Below the pieces are notes generated by a model that saw only the letters and a program-made list of their open reading frames with translations, had not been told where the DNA came from and searched no databases. The position numbers were made by a program, and so were the translations under genes. From Spirochaetia bacterium (GTDB lineage: Bacteria; Spirochaetota; Spirochaetia; SZUA-6; Bin103), in the NCBI GenBank assembly GCA_965199955.1, contig CBDATQ010000002.1, positions 288,001-352,000 on the forward strand: a stretch of DNA of 64,000 nt. The letters are read 5' to 3'. The stretch's first letter is position 1; each line of letters opens with the position of its first letter. Shown here one piece after another: positions 11,129 to 21,684 of this stretch.

Positions 11129-11890
11129 ATGACTGAGGACGGTCCGGCACCCGCGGAGCACACGCCTCTTCTCGAGGCCCGTACGGCGCGAGGCATCTCG
11201 CTCGAGCAGGCAACACGCGACATCCACATCAGCAAGAGTTTCCTGGAGGCACTGGAGGCCGAGGAATACTCCGATTTCCCCGGTGATGCCTACATCACCG
11301 GGTTCATCCGCAGCTACGCCGGCTACCTGGAGCTGGATCCCGAGCCGCTGATCGAACGCTACCGGACGCAGCAGGCCGCCAGCTCGGCGGCCGCCGATGT
11401 CACACCGGGCCGCAGACGGTCGACGCTGGTGGCGGTGGTGGTGCTGGCGTTGCTGGTGTTCGCGGCCGGTGTGGCCGCATTGCTGCGCTGGGTGATTCCG
11501 CCGGCCGGCCTGGGCGGCCTGACCGCGGCCGAGCGGAGTGCGGAGCGACGGGCCGGGCTGACCGGCAATTCGTTCGTGATGACCGATGACGTGGCGATCC
11601 AGGTGCTGCCGGTCGGCACCGTGCTGCGGGTTCCGGTCGGGAACCGGCGCCACGACGTGCTGCTGGCCCGCTACGAGAACGGCCTGGTCATCGAGTACGG
11701 CGGGAACGAAGTGCTGCTTGCGGTCGGTGGAGAGCGCCTGCTCGACCTGGACGGAGACTCCCGGACCGATCTGCGCGTGCTGCTCAACGATGTCGATCGA
11801 ACCGTCGATCCGGTCCGGGTGCACCTCACCCTGCAGCTCGGCTCGGCCAGGGGTCAGGCGCTGGTGTCGATCCCGGCCGGGGCCGCCTGA
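11129..11890 (+). CDS. RodZ-like HTH membrane protein
   Basis: ARTARGISLEQA...LEALEAEEYSDFPGDAYITGFIRSYAGYLELD (HTH_25), single TM helix, extracytoplasmic C-terminal domain. Confidence 0.78.
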   Translation: MTEDGPAPAEHTPLLEARTARGISLEQATRDIHISKSFLEALEAEEYSDFPGDAYITGFIRSYAGYLELDPEPLIERYRTQQAASSAAADVTPGRRRSTLVAVVVLALLVFAAGVAALLRWVIPPAGLGGLTAAERSAERRAGLTGNSFVMTDDVAIQVLPVGTVLRVPVGNRRHDVLLARYENGLVIEYGGNEVLLAVGGERLLDLDGDSRTDLRVLLNDVDRTVDPVRVHLTLQLGSARGQALVSIPAGAA

Positions 11891-11939
11891 GCTGGCCGGT
11901 CGCACATTGCCGGGTACCGGGACCAGGGGCGGGACGACG

Positions 11940-14102
11940 CTGATCGAACACTATCTGGAGGTCTTGAACGAGCCTCAGAGGCGCGCCGTGGAGCACTGGG
12001 GCTGCCCGCTGCTCATCCTGGCAGGTGCCGGATCGGGCAAGACGCGGGCGATCACCACCAAGATCGCCTATCTGGCCGAGCGGCGCAGCATCCCGCCGTG
12101 GTCGATGCTGGCGGTGACCTTCACCAACAAGGCCGCCCAGGAGATGCGCGATCGCGCAACGGCGATGCTGCCGGCGGCGGCCGAAGCGAACATCCGCACC
12201 TTTCACTCGTTCTGCAACTGGCTGCTGCGACGCTACGGATCCAGGGCCGGCATCGACCCGGGTTTTTCGATACTGGATAGCGCCGACGCCCTCTCGGTCC
12301 TGCGCGACGCGTCCGGCGGTGGATGGGCCGCGGACGAGCTCAAGGCGGCCGCCGATTTGATCGCGCGCGCCAAGGATCACGGACTGCGCCCGAGCGACGA
12401 CCTGGACCGGCTCGGCGCGCCGGTGGACCTCCCGCTGAACGAGCTCTATGCCGCGTATCAGGAGCATCTGGAGCGCAGCAACGGGCTGGACTTCGGCGAC
12501 CTGATATTGCGTGCGATCGACCTGTTGTCGGACGAGGCCGGGGACGAGATCGCCGGGCGCTTCCGGGCGCTGCTCGTGGACGAGTATCAGGACGCGAATC
12601 GGGCTCAGTTCCAGCTCCTGCGCCTGCTGGCGCGTGGCGATGCCTACGTCTGTGCCGTCGGTGACGATGACCAGTCGATCTACGGGTTCAGGGGCGCCGA
12701 CGTGCAGGCGTTCCTGTCGTTCCCGGACCACTTCGCGGGGGCCGAGATCATCCGCCTGGAGCAGAACTACCGGTCCACCCCGCAGATACTGCAGGTCGCG
12801 GACTGCGTGGTGGCCGGCAATCGGGACCGCCTGGGCAAGAGACTGTGGACCGAGAACGGGAGCGGGCCGGCACCGCAATTGCACGAGCTGCCGGATCAGG
12901 AGGCGGAGGTCCGGCTGTGCTGTGAGCTGGTGGACCGGGACCCCGATCTGGAGACCGCGATCCTGTACCGGATGAATTTCCAGTCGCAGCCGTTCGAGAC
13001 TGCCTTCAGGCGGCTGCGCATCCCCTACCGGCTGGTCGGATCCATCGGCTTCTTCGAGCGCCAGGAGGTGAAGGATGCGCTCGCGTATCTGATCCTGACG
13101 GTCAACCCGGCCGACACCGTCGCGTTCAGGCGCGCGGTCGCGACCCCGCGGCGCTCGGTGGGTCCCAAGACGGTGCAGCGCATCCTTGCGGTGAGGACGG
13201 ATGCCTCCGCACGTCCCCAGGCCGAGACCCTGTTCGACGTCGGACCGCCTGCCGTGACCGTCGTCGACCGGGCACGGTCCGTGCACGGTACCTTGCCGCG
13301 CCGGGCGCGTGCCGGGATCGGGGCCTTTCTCGAACTGCACCGGGAGCTGTGCACGATGGCCGATCATGAGCCTGTGGCGTCGCTGGTGGCTGCCGCCTTG
13401 GAGCGCTCCGGCCTTGCCGAGCACTACGCCCGGCTGGACGAGGTGTCCGGCGGCAGCCGCCTGCGTAATCTGGAGCAGCTCGCCGCCAGCGCCGAGCCGT
13501 TCGGATCCGGGCCCGGGGAGCTGCGGCGCTTCCTGGAAGCGGCCGGGCTGCATGACTCCGGCGGCGAACGCGACGAGGAGCCCCGCGGGGCGATCCGTCC
13601 CGTCACGCTGATCACCATGCACAACACGAAGGGGCTGGAGTTCGAGCGGGTCGTGATCACCGGGCTGGAGGAGGGGGTGTTTCCGCTGCTGCCGGGCGAC
13701 CGCGCAGCCGATCCCGGTCGGCCCGACCCCGGTCGGGCCGACCGCGACCTGGAGGAGGAACGCCGCCTGTTCTATGTCGGCGTCACGCGGTCCCGGCGCC
13801 ATCTGCATCTCAGCACCTGCGCCCGCCGGACCGTGTTCGGGCAGCGGCGAGATCAGCAGATGAGCCGCTTCCTGTCGGAAATCCCCGACCGGCTGCTGGC
13901 CCGTGATGGTGCGAATCGCGGGCAGGGGGAGGCCGAGGACTTCCCGGCCGGAGCAGAGGTCTATCACGAGGACTACGGGAGCGGGATCGTCACCCGTCGC
14001 TGGAGCAGCGCCGGCACGTGGTTCGTGACCGTGCGGTTCGCCACCGAGCACGAGGCGTCGTTCGCGGTGCGCTACTCGGCCCTGGAACGGATCCGATCGT
14101 GA
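11940..14102 (+). CDS. uvrD: ATP-dependent DNA helicase UvrD/PcrA
   Basis: LNEPQ, AGAGSGKT, TFTNKAA, VDEYQD, VGDDDQSIYGFRGA, LEQNYRS, KGLEF, EERRLFYVGVTR. Start uncertain (CTG 11940 or TTG 11907). Confidence 0.92.
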   Translation: MIEHYLEVLNEPQRRAVEHWGCPLLILAGAGSGKTRAITTKIAYLAERRSIPPWSMLAVTFTNKAAQEMRDRATAMLPAAAEANIRTFHSFCNWLLRRYGSRAGIDPGFSILDSADALSVLRDASGGGWAADELKAAADLIARAKDHGLRPSDDLDRLGAPVDLPLNELYAAYQEHLERSNGLDFGDLILRAIDLLSDEAGDEIAGRFRALLVDEYQDANRAQFQLLRLLARGDAYVCAVGDDDQSIYGFRGADVQAFLSFPDHFAGAEIIRLEQNYRSTPQILQVADCVVAGNRDRLGKRLWTENGSGPAPQLHELPDQEAEVRLCCELVDRDPDLETAILYRMNFQSQPFETAFRRLRIPYRLVGSIGFFERQEVKDALAYLILTVNPADTVAFRRAVATPRRSVGPKTVQRILAVRTDASARPQAETLFDVGPPAVTVVDRARSVHGTLPRRARAGIGAFLELHRELCTMADHEPVASLVAAALERSGLAEHYARLDEVSGGSRLRNLEQLAASAEPFGSGPGELRRFLEAAGLHDSGGERDEEPRGAIRPVTLITMHNTKGLEFERVVITGLEEGVFPLLPGDRAADPGRPDPGRADRDLEEERRLFYVGVTRSRRHLHLSTCARRTVFGQRRDQQMSRFLSEIPDRLLARDGANRGQGEAEDFPAGAEVYHEDYGSGIVTRRWSSAGTWFVTVRFATEHEASFAVRYSALERIRS

Positions 14103-14950
14103 CCGCGCCCGACCCTGCCGCCCGCTCGCGGCTGGGGCGGCTGGAACCGATCCGCCGGGCGCGTGGCTATCGCCTGTACGACCATCGTGGCCGGCGCTTC
14201 CTGGACCTGTGGCAAGGCGGCGGCCGCGCTCTGCTGGGACACCGTCCGGATCGCGCGCTGGCGCGGATCAAGGGCGCCCTGTCCCAGGGGGTGAACGGCG
14301 GTCTGCCTTCGGTGTACGAGCGCCGGCTGTGCAATCGCCTCCGGCACCTCATCCCGGGCTTCGAGCCGCTGCTGACCGGCGGCGATGCCGAGGTGCGCGC
14401 GGTGCTGCAGCATCTCGGCGTCGCGGCAGGGGAGCTGCACGATCCCGCGGTCGAAGCCGGTCCGGCGGAAGCTCGCCTGGCGGGGATCTGGCGGCCGTTG
14501 CTCGGGCCGACGCCACCGCCCCCCCGATGGCGGGCCGTGGTGCCGGTGCTGCCGTCCACGATCGGGGATTCGCCGGCGCCGCTGTGCTTGCCGGCGGGGA
14601 CGGCGGCGTGCGAGCTGGAGCGGCTGATGATCACACCGGCGCCGCAGCCGGCGCCGCTTCTGGTAGCCGGTCTGGCCGGACTGGACCGGTTGCCGCGGTA
14701 CGGTGGTGCACCCTGGGCGCAGCGTGCATGGCCGGATACGCACGGATGCGCCGGCTGGGAGCGGCGAGGACCGTATGTGGCGGCGCGGTGCGATGAGGCC
14801 GTCTATGACGCCGTGTTCGACAGATTCCTGCGTGCGGGGATCCTGCTCTCCCCGTTCCACCCGGGACCGAGCATCCTGCCGGACGACGTCTCGGCCGGCG
14901 AGGCGGCGGCGCTGATGCGGTTGTTCGCCGAGAGTCCGGCAGACTCCTGA
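14099..14950 (+). CDS. Divergent class-III aminotransferase-fold protein
   Basis: IRRARGYRLYDHRGRRFLDL...LLGH resembles the class III N-terminus and FLRAGILLSP the C-terminus; GTGA overlap with uvrD. Confidence 0.65.
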   Translation: MTAPDPAARSRLGRLEPIRRARGYRLYDHRGRRFLDLWQGGGRALLGHRPDRALARIKGALSQGVNGGLPSVYERRLCNRLRHLIPGFEPLLTGGDAEVRAVLQHLGVAAGELHDPAVEAGPAEARLAGIWRPLLGPTPPPPRWRAVVPVLPSTIGDSPAPLCLPAGTAACELERLMITPAPQPAPLLVAGLAGLDRLPRYGGAPWAQRAWPDTHGCAGWERRGPYVAARCDEAVYDAVFDRFLRAGILLSPFHPGPSILPDDVSAGEAAALMRLFAESPADS

Positions 14951-14957
14951 CAGACTC

Positions 14958-15653
14958 CTAGCGCCGTCCGAGCCGCAGGAGGAACAGGAACAGGTTGAGC
15001 ATGTCCAGGTAGAGCTTGAGCGCGCCGAGCACCGAAAGGCGGACGAATGTGGTCTCATCCATGGATCCGGCCTCGGCCTGCCAGCGCTTGATCACCTGGG
15101 TGTCGTATGCCGTCAGGCCCAGAAACAGCGCTACCCCGCCGATCGAGATCAGGAGATCGAGGATGCCGCTGCCGACCAGGAGGTTGACGACGATGGCGAT
15201 CATCAGGCCCAACAGGCCCATGCTCAGGAAGCTGCCGATGGACGTCAGGTCACGCTTGGTCACGTGGCCGTACACGCTCATCCCCGCGAACATGCCCGCC
15301 GCGATGAAGAACGCCTGAGCGATTTCCTGAGTGGTGTAGACGGCGGCGATCACCGACAGCGTGACGCCGTTGAGCGCCGCGAAGGCGATGAACCCGCCGG
15401 AGGCGGCGCCGACGCCCATGGTCATGATCCGGGCGCTCAGGAACCAGACCAGCGCCAGCTCGCCGATGATGAGCCCGAAGTACAGCATCGGGTTCCCCAG
15501 GATCGCTCTGAACAGCACGTCCTGGCTGACCACGAACCAGGCGACGGCGCCGCTCAGGACCAGTCCGCCGGTCATCCACAGGTAGACGTTGCTCAGCAGT
15601 CCGGTCTGGGCAGCGGCGTCGACACGGCCGTGTAATGCGTGTCGCTCGGACAT
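14958..15653 (-). CDS. Bax inhibitor-1/YccA family membrane protein
   Basis: VYLWMTGGL, YGHVTKRDL, GLTAYDTQ, LYLDMLNLF; GGAGGAG RBS before ATG 15653. Confidence 0.9.
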   Translation of the reverse strand: MSERHALHGRVDAAAQTGLLSNVYLWMTGGLVLSGAVAWFVVSQDVLFRAILGNPMLYFGLIIGELALVWFLSARIMTMGVGAASGGFIAFAALNGVTLSVIAAVYTTQEIAQAFFIAAGMFAGMSVYGHVTKRDLTSIGSFLSMGLLGLMIAIVVNLLVGSGILDLLISIGGVALFLGLTAYDTQVIKRWQAEAGSMDETTFVRLSVLGALKLYLDMLNLFLFLLRLGRR

Positions 15654-15818
15654 GGCTCCTCCCTGGCCCGGCGAAGCCCGCCGGGGCGTCCTCTTGCTTC
15701 GGCAATCAATGTCCTGCCGTTCACACCAGACGGTCAAGATCGGGCCGGTCAAGAGTGCCGCGGTTCCCGCCCCGCCGGCCACGGCGCGGGATGGAGGTGG
15801 CGAGGCGGGACGGTGCAT

Positions 15819-15847
15819 TTGCTTGACGCGCCGGGAGACGCTACCCT
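15819..15847 (+). promoter_or_regulatory. Putative sigma70 promoter for the small ORF-rplM-rpsI unit
   Basis: TTGCTT-17-TACCCT. Confidence 0.45.
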
Positions 15848-15875
15848 TAGGGGACTCTCAGCGCACGAGGCGACG

Positions 15876-16127
15876 ATGATTGCTCTATTGGTGGGCTTGG
15901 TGCTCCTGTTGTTCGCGGTCTACTCGGTACTGCCGGTGCCGTGGTCCATGCAGTGGTGGCCGGACGTCATGGACTTCCTGAAGGGAGGCATCCCGGTGGT
16001 AGCCCTGCTCATCGGCTTGATCGCGCTGTTTGTCGGATTCGCGGATATCAAGGACAAGATGGAAGCCAAGAAGGAAGAACGCGAGGCGAAGGAGGCCGAG
16101 GCCCGCGGCTCCGGCTCGTCGACGTAA
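15876..16127 (+). CDS. Small two-TM membrane protein with charged tail
   Basis: GAGG RBS; MIALLVGLVLLL...FLKGGIPVVALLIGLIALFVGFADIKDKMEAKKEE. Confidence 0.75.
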   Translation: MIALLVGLVLLLFAVYSVLPVPWSMQWWPDVMDFLKGGIPVVALLIGLIALFVGFADIKDKMEAKKEEREAKEAEARGSGSST

Positions 16128-16147
16128 GGAGGCGGCAACGTAGAGCG

Positions 16148-16615
16148 ATGAAAACGGTATTCGTGCGTGCTCGCGACGTCGAGCGACGATGGTACATCGC
16201 GGATGCGGACGGCGCTCCGCTCGGCCGGCTGGCGGCACGGGTGGCCAGCGTGCTGCGCGGCAAGCACCGACCCTACTTCGCACCTCACCAGGACCTGGGC
16301 GATCGCGTGGTCGTCATCAACGCGGCCAAGGTGGCCGTGTCCGGGAAAAAGCGCAGCGACAAGCGGTACTACCGCCACTCGGGCTACCCCGGGGCGTTGC
16401 GCAGCGAGACCTTCGAACACGCCATCGCCCGCAAGCCGGTGTTTCCGGTGGAGCAGGCCATACGCGGCATGCTCCCCAAGGGCCGCCTGGGTCGGGAGTT
16501 GTTCCGCAACCTGCGCGTGTACGCCGGCTCCGAGCATCCCCACCAGGGCCAGAGCCCTCAACCCATCGACCTTCGATCATTCGAACGTCAATCATCCGAA
16601 CGGGATCAAAGCTGA
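16148..16615 (+). CDS. rplM: 50S ribosomal protein L13
   Basis: WYIADA, LGRLA, LRGKHRP, YYRHSGYPG, GMLPK, HPHQGQ. Confidence 0.97.
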   Translation: MKTVFVRARDVERRWYIADADGAPLGRLAARVASVLRGKHRPYFAPHQDLGDRVVVINAAKVAVSGKKRSDKRYYRHSGYPGALRSETFEHAIARKPVFPVEQAIRGMLPKGRLGRELFRNLRVYAGSEHPHQGQSPQPIDLRSFERQSSERDQS

Positions 16616-17064
16616 TGACAGAAACGGACGGCATCAATCTCGCCCTGGGCACGGGGCGCCGCAAGACCGCGGTCGCCCGCGTCTTCCTGCGCCAACCGGT
16701 GGTCGGCGCCGACGCCGGAGAGACCGACCTGCAGCGCGCCGCGGCCGGACAGATCAAGGTCAACGGCAAGTCGCTGGACGACTACTTCAACTCGGAGGAA
16801 CTGGTACGGCGCGTGACGTCTCCGCTGGACGTCACCGACAACCTGGGCAAGCTCAGCGTGCTCATCAACGTGTCGGGCGGCGGGCCGGCGGGTCAGGCGG
16901 ACGCCAGCCGCCACGGCCTGGCGCGCGCCCTGGATGCCTATGACGGCAGCAACCACGAGAGCCTGCGCGCCAACGGCTTCCTTACGCGCGACCGACGCAT
17001 GGTGGAGCGCAAGAAGTACGGCCGTCCGAAGGCGCGCAAGCGCTTCCAGTTCTCGAAGCGGTAG
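16615..17064 (+). CDS. rpsI: 30S ribosomal protein S9
   Basis: GTGRRKTAVARV, GGGPAGQA, LTRDRRMVERKKYG...FQFSKR; TGATG overlap with rplM. Confidence 0.97.
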   Translation: MTETDGINLALGTGRRKTAVARVFLRQPVVGADAGETDLQRAAAGQIKVNGKSLDDYFNSEELVRRVTSPLDVTDNLGKLSVLINVSGGGPAGQADASRHGLARALDAYDGSNHESLRANGFLTRDRRMVERKKYGRPKARKRFQFSKR

Positions 17065-17162
17065 TACCCCATCAGACTGATGGCGAGTCGCGTAGCGCGC
17101 ACCCTCTCAAACTGCAGTTTGATCCGATACTAGGCAGCTTGGGGCGGTAAGTCGCGGCCTCC

Positions 17163-17642
17163 TTGAGCGTTGGCGAGCGTGAGGTGACGGCCTTGACCGG
17201 GCACACCGCCACGGCCCTGGAGTGCGCCAAGGAGCTGATCGCCCGCCGCGAGCACTCCGTCTTCGAGTTGCGGCGGAAGTTGCAGCAGAGAGGACACGCT
17301 CCCGTTGCGGACACGGTGATCGAATCGTTGACCCGCGCCGGTCTCCTTGATGACGAACGGTTTGCCCGCGCCTGGCTGACCGCACGGACTGGACGAAAGG
17401 CCGAAGGACGGCGCCGGTTGGTGGCGGAACTGATCAGGCGCGGCGTGAGCGACTCGGTGGCCGCAGCCGTCGTGGAGGACGAGCTGCCCGTCGCCGTCGA
17501 GCAGGAATTGCTTCGGTCCAGCGCTTCGGGACTGCGAGCCGCCGGCCATGGCCGCGACGCGATCGCGCGCCGGTTGCTGGCCCGCGGATTCCCGGCGGCG
17601 GCGGTGCGCCGGGCGGTCGCGACGGACGAAGGATGGCAGTAG
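17163..17642 (+). CDS. recX: Regulatory protein RecX
   Basis: LIARREHSVFELRRKL, GLLDDERFA, ELIRRGV, LLARGF. Confidence 0.85.
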   Translation: MSVGEREVTALTGHTATALECAKELIARREHSVFELRRKLQQRGHAPVADTVIESLTRAGLLDDERFARAWLTARTGRKAEGRRRLVAELIRRGVSDSVAAAVVEDELPVAVEQELLRSSASGLRAAGHGRDAIARRLLARGFPAAAVRRAVATDEGWQ

Positions 17643-17672
17643 CCTGGAACGGGGACCGAACGATCCCCCGTG

Positions 17673-18983
<1,311 letters not shown>

Positions 18984-19031
18984 TCAGTCATGCTCACCTT
19001 TGGCGATATAGTAGTGGGTGGCAGGGAGCCG

Positions 19032-19865
19032 GTGAAGTTCGACCTCGTCGCGGAGATCGTGGAACGCATCGTGTTCGCGATGGAGGACCAGGGAGCCGAC
19101 TACTCCGTGGACGTCGAAACCGCGGAGATGGTCAAGGATCGCGGCGCGCACCTGGGGGAACGGTTCGTCCCCATACCTCCGTGGCGGCCGATCGACGGGT
19201 TCCATCTCATGGAGCGTTTCGTGGCAGCCCTGCGCAATCCGATTCATCGCGACCGCCTGCGAAACGCGCTGAATTCGCGCGGGCGGGTGTTCCGCGCATT
19301 CAAGGACGAGCTGAGGCGCATCCCGTACGTGGAGCAACGCTGGTACCGCTTCAAGATGGCCGAGATGCGGCGGATCGTGACGGAGTGGTACGACCTGGAG
19401 CGGCAGTCGCGCGGGTTGGAACGACTCGGGCCGGAACCGGAAGAGACCGACGACCTGATGGCCAGCGAATTCGCCTTTGGCCGTGTCGATGCCGGGGACC
19501 TGGAGCACGTGGTCAGGCTGCATGAGGACGCACGGCAACTCACGGCCAATCCGAATGCGTTGCTCGCGGTGGTGCGCGGGAGCCGGCCGGGGATCGTCGG
19601 CTTCATCGGCGGGGTGCCGGAAGGGAACGGTACCGTCTGCGTCGGAGCGATCGCGGTGGCCCCCGAGTTCCGCGGTCTGGGCATCGGGCGGTCGCTGCTC
19701 TCGCACTTCATCGACGAAGCGGCGGGAGCCGGCTATTCCTCAGTGCAGGTGGCGTTGTGCGGCCAGGAGCAGGAGTTTGAGCGGCTGTTCGTCCAGCAGG
19801 GGTTCAGCCCGGTGGCGAAGACGTTCCGGCTACCACTTGCTCCCACGGAGGAGCGGAAACCGTAA
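19032..19865 (+). CDS. UPF0158-like domain fused to GNAT acetyltransferase
   Basis: GGGAG RBS + GTG; GFHLMERFV...GRVFRAFKD...WYRFK, then VAPEFRGLGIGRSLL acetyl-CoA motif A. Confidence 0.75.
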   Translation: MKFDLVAEIVERIVFAMEDQGADYSVDVETAEMVKDRGAHLGERFVPIPPWRPIDGFHLMERFVAALRNPIHRDRLRNALNSRGRVFRAFKDELRRIPYVEQRWYRFKMAEMRRIVTEWYDLERQSRGLERLGPEPEETDDLMASEFAFGRVDAGDLEHVVRLHEDARQLTANPNALLAVVRGSRPGIVGFIGGVPEGNGTVCVGAIAVAPEFRGLGIGRSLLSHFIDEAAGAGYSSVQVALCGQEQEFERLFVQQGFSPVAKTFRLPLAPTEERKP

Positions 19866-21684
19866 GCGGCAGCGCCAGGAACATCCTCCGGGGCGGCGCT
19901 CCGTCCGGTTCCTCCGCGGAGATCACGACCCCGAGGTCCAAGGAGAGCCACTCCTGCGTGGCCAGCAGACGATCGGGAAGATCGAGCAACACCTCGACCC
20001 GCGCTCCGGGCTCGATGCTGCCGACCGGTACGTGTACGCCGGCGGCAAGCAGGCTGACACCGGTGCGGGCAACCACGCCGGGATTCTCCATCTGTACCGG
20101 GATGGCCACAGGTGACTGCAGCTCGGCGACCTCGAGGTGCAGCGACTCCGGGCTGACGACCAGGAACGGCTCCTGGAAGATCACCTTCTCGGAGTCGCCG
20201 CGAACCTCTACCGCGCGTTCCAGTCCGGAAAGGCTCGCTTCGTCCTCCGGTGTCAGATGGAGGGCATGCTCGTAGAGTGCCGCCGCCAGGCCGGCGCGGT
20301 CTTGGGCCTGCGGCAGGTCTCCCCATTCCAGCGAGGCGACCGCATCGGCAAGCGCGAGCTCGGCAAGCTGCCTGGCGATGACGGTCGGGCCCGTGGTACC
20401 GGCGGCATCGTCCGCCTCGTTGGTGCCGTGACCACCGAAGCGCAGGATTCGTGCCCGCTGTGAGTCCAGCAGATAGAACGCATCCCTGCCCGGTGCCGGT
20501 TCCAGCACAAACTGGGCCGGCAAGATCTCCCGGCCTCCGTCCGGAGCGATGAGCAGCCACTTCGGGCGCCCGAGTTCGTCGAAGGCCCAGACCAGCCCGG
20601 AGCCGCCCAGAAGGACGGTTCCGTCGTCAAGCACCGCAAGCGCATGAGGAAACTTGAGCATCCGCGGGTCCACCTGGGGGCGAATCGAGTCGATCTCGCG
20701 GCCATCCAGGCCGGCGATCACGACCCTGCGGTCGAACTGGTCGTACAGCACCATGCGCCGCTGGTCGTCGATGTCCATCGCGTTGATGAATGGCGCGGCG
20801 ACCGGTACGGGGCGCTTCTCGATAGCAAGTTCGGTCAGGTGCACATAGGCCGGTCCGTTCCTGGTAAGGGCAGCCAACCCGCCGCCCGGGACGGCGTCCA
20901 GCCGCCGCGCGTCCGGCAGGTCGAGGAAGGCCATGTCGTCGTCTCCGTTGCGCCGGCGGACGATGCGCGCGTGGTTCAGGTCGATCGCGAGCACGTCATG
21001 GGTCCAACTGGTGCGGGCGATCTCCTGTGGGGCCGTGGCGCCTGGCGGGCGCGCCTCCGGCAGCAGCGATGCCGGGGTAGCCGCGATCAGCTCGAAGCGC
21101 GGCCCCAACTCGGCGGACCCTCCGGTCAGCAGCACGCTGACGCCGCCGTCGTGCGCGGCGAGGTCCAGGATCTGCCCTTCGTACCCGAACGCGGACTCCA
21201 CCGCGGCTTCCGCGTCGCCGGTGGCCTGATCGACGGTGCGGAACAACGCGGCAATTCTTCCACCGTCGATCACGTCGGTGATGTCAGGTGGAAGGTAGAT
21301 CGGCGGCGGGAAGCCGGCGCGCGCCGCCTGCAGGTACCCGAGGTCGGCGACCAGTGCGGCGACGACCGTGTCGAGCCTGGTGGCGGAGGCCGTGCGCACG
21401 GTGGACGTCAGGGCACGCTCGGCTTCCAGGTCGGAGCTGGTGACTATCAGGTCCAGCCCTCCGGCACTGTCATGGACGCCGATCTCGACCCGGATGCGAG
21501 ACGGAAAATCGGGGGAAATGCCGATCTCCTCGGAGGAAAGGATCTCCTGCAGCCGTTCGACGAGCTGGCCTTCATCCAACTCCGCGCGCGGGTCGATCGA
21601 CCACTCGGCGATTCGCAACCCCATGGCCGGAACACTCGCGATGAGCAGGGCAGCGAATGCCACGGCCGCTCTGAACGAAGTCAT
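19804..21684 (-). CDS. Secreted hypothetical protein with beta-propeller-like and TPR-like segments
   Basis: Signal peptide; NHL-like blades (FPHALAVLDDGTVLLG, AFYLLDSQRARILRF); helical YEHALHLTPEDEASLSGL; ATGA overlap with murE. Confidence 0.65.
   Translation of the reverse strand: MTSFRAAVAFAALLIASVPAMGLRIAEWSIDPRAELDEGQLVERLQEILSSEEIGISPDFPSRIRVEIGVHDSAGGLDLIVTSSDLEAERALTSTVRTASATRLDTVVAALVADLGYLQAARAGFPPPIYLPPDITDVIDGGRIAALFRTVDQATGDAEAAVESAFGYEGQILDLAAHDGGVSVLLTGGSAELGPRFELIAATPASLLPEARPPGATAPQEIARTSWTHDVLAIDLNHARIVRRRNGDDDMAFLDLPDARRLDAVPGGGLAALTRNGPAYVHLTELAIEKRPVPVAAPFINAMDIDDQRRMVLYDQFDRRVVIAGLDGREIDSIRPQVDPRMLKFPHALAVLDDGTVLLGGSGLVWAFDELGRPKWLLIAPDGGREILPAQFVLEPAPGRDAFYLLDSQRARILRFGGHGTNEADDAAGTTGPTVIARQLAELALADAVASLEWGDLPQAQDRAGLAAALYEHALHLTPEDEASLSGLERAVEVRGDSEKVIFQEPFLVVSPESLHLEVAELQSPVAIPVQMENPGVVARTGVSLLAAGVHVPVGSIEPGARVEVLLDLPDRLLATQEWLSLDLGVVISAEEPDGAPPRRMFLALPLTVSAPPWEQVVAGTSSPPG

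Noticed and set aside
17163..17642. recX without an adjacent recA
   Set aside because: rplM-rpsI-recX order is, to my knowledge, usual in spirochetes, so not novel.
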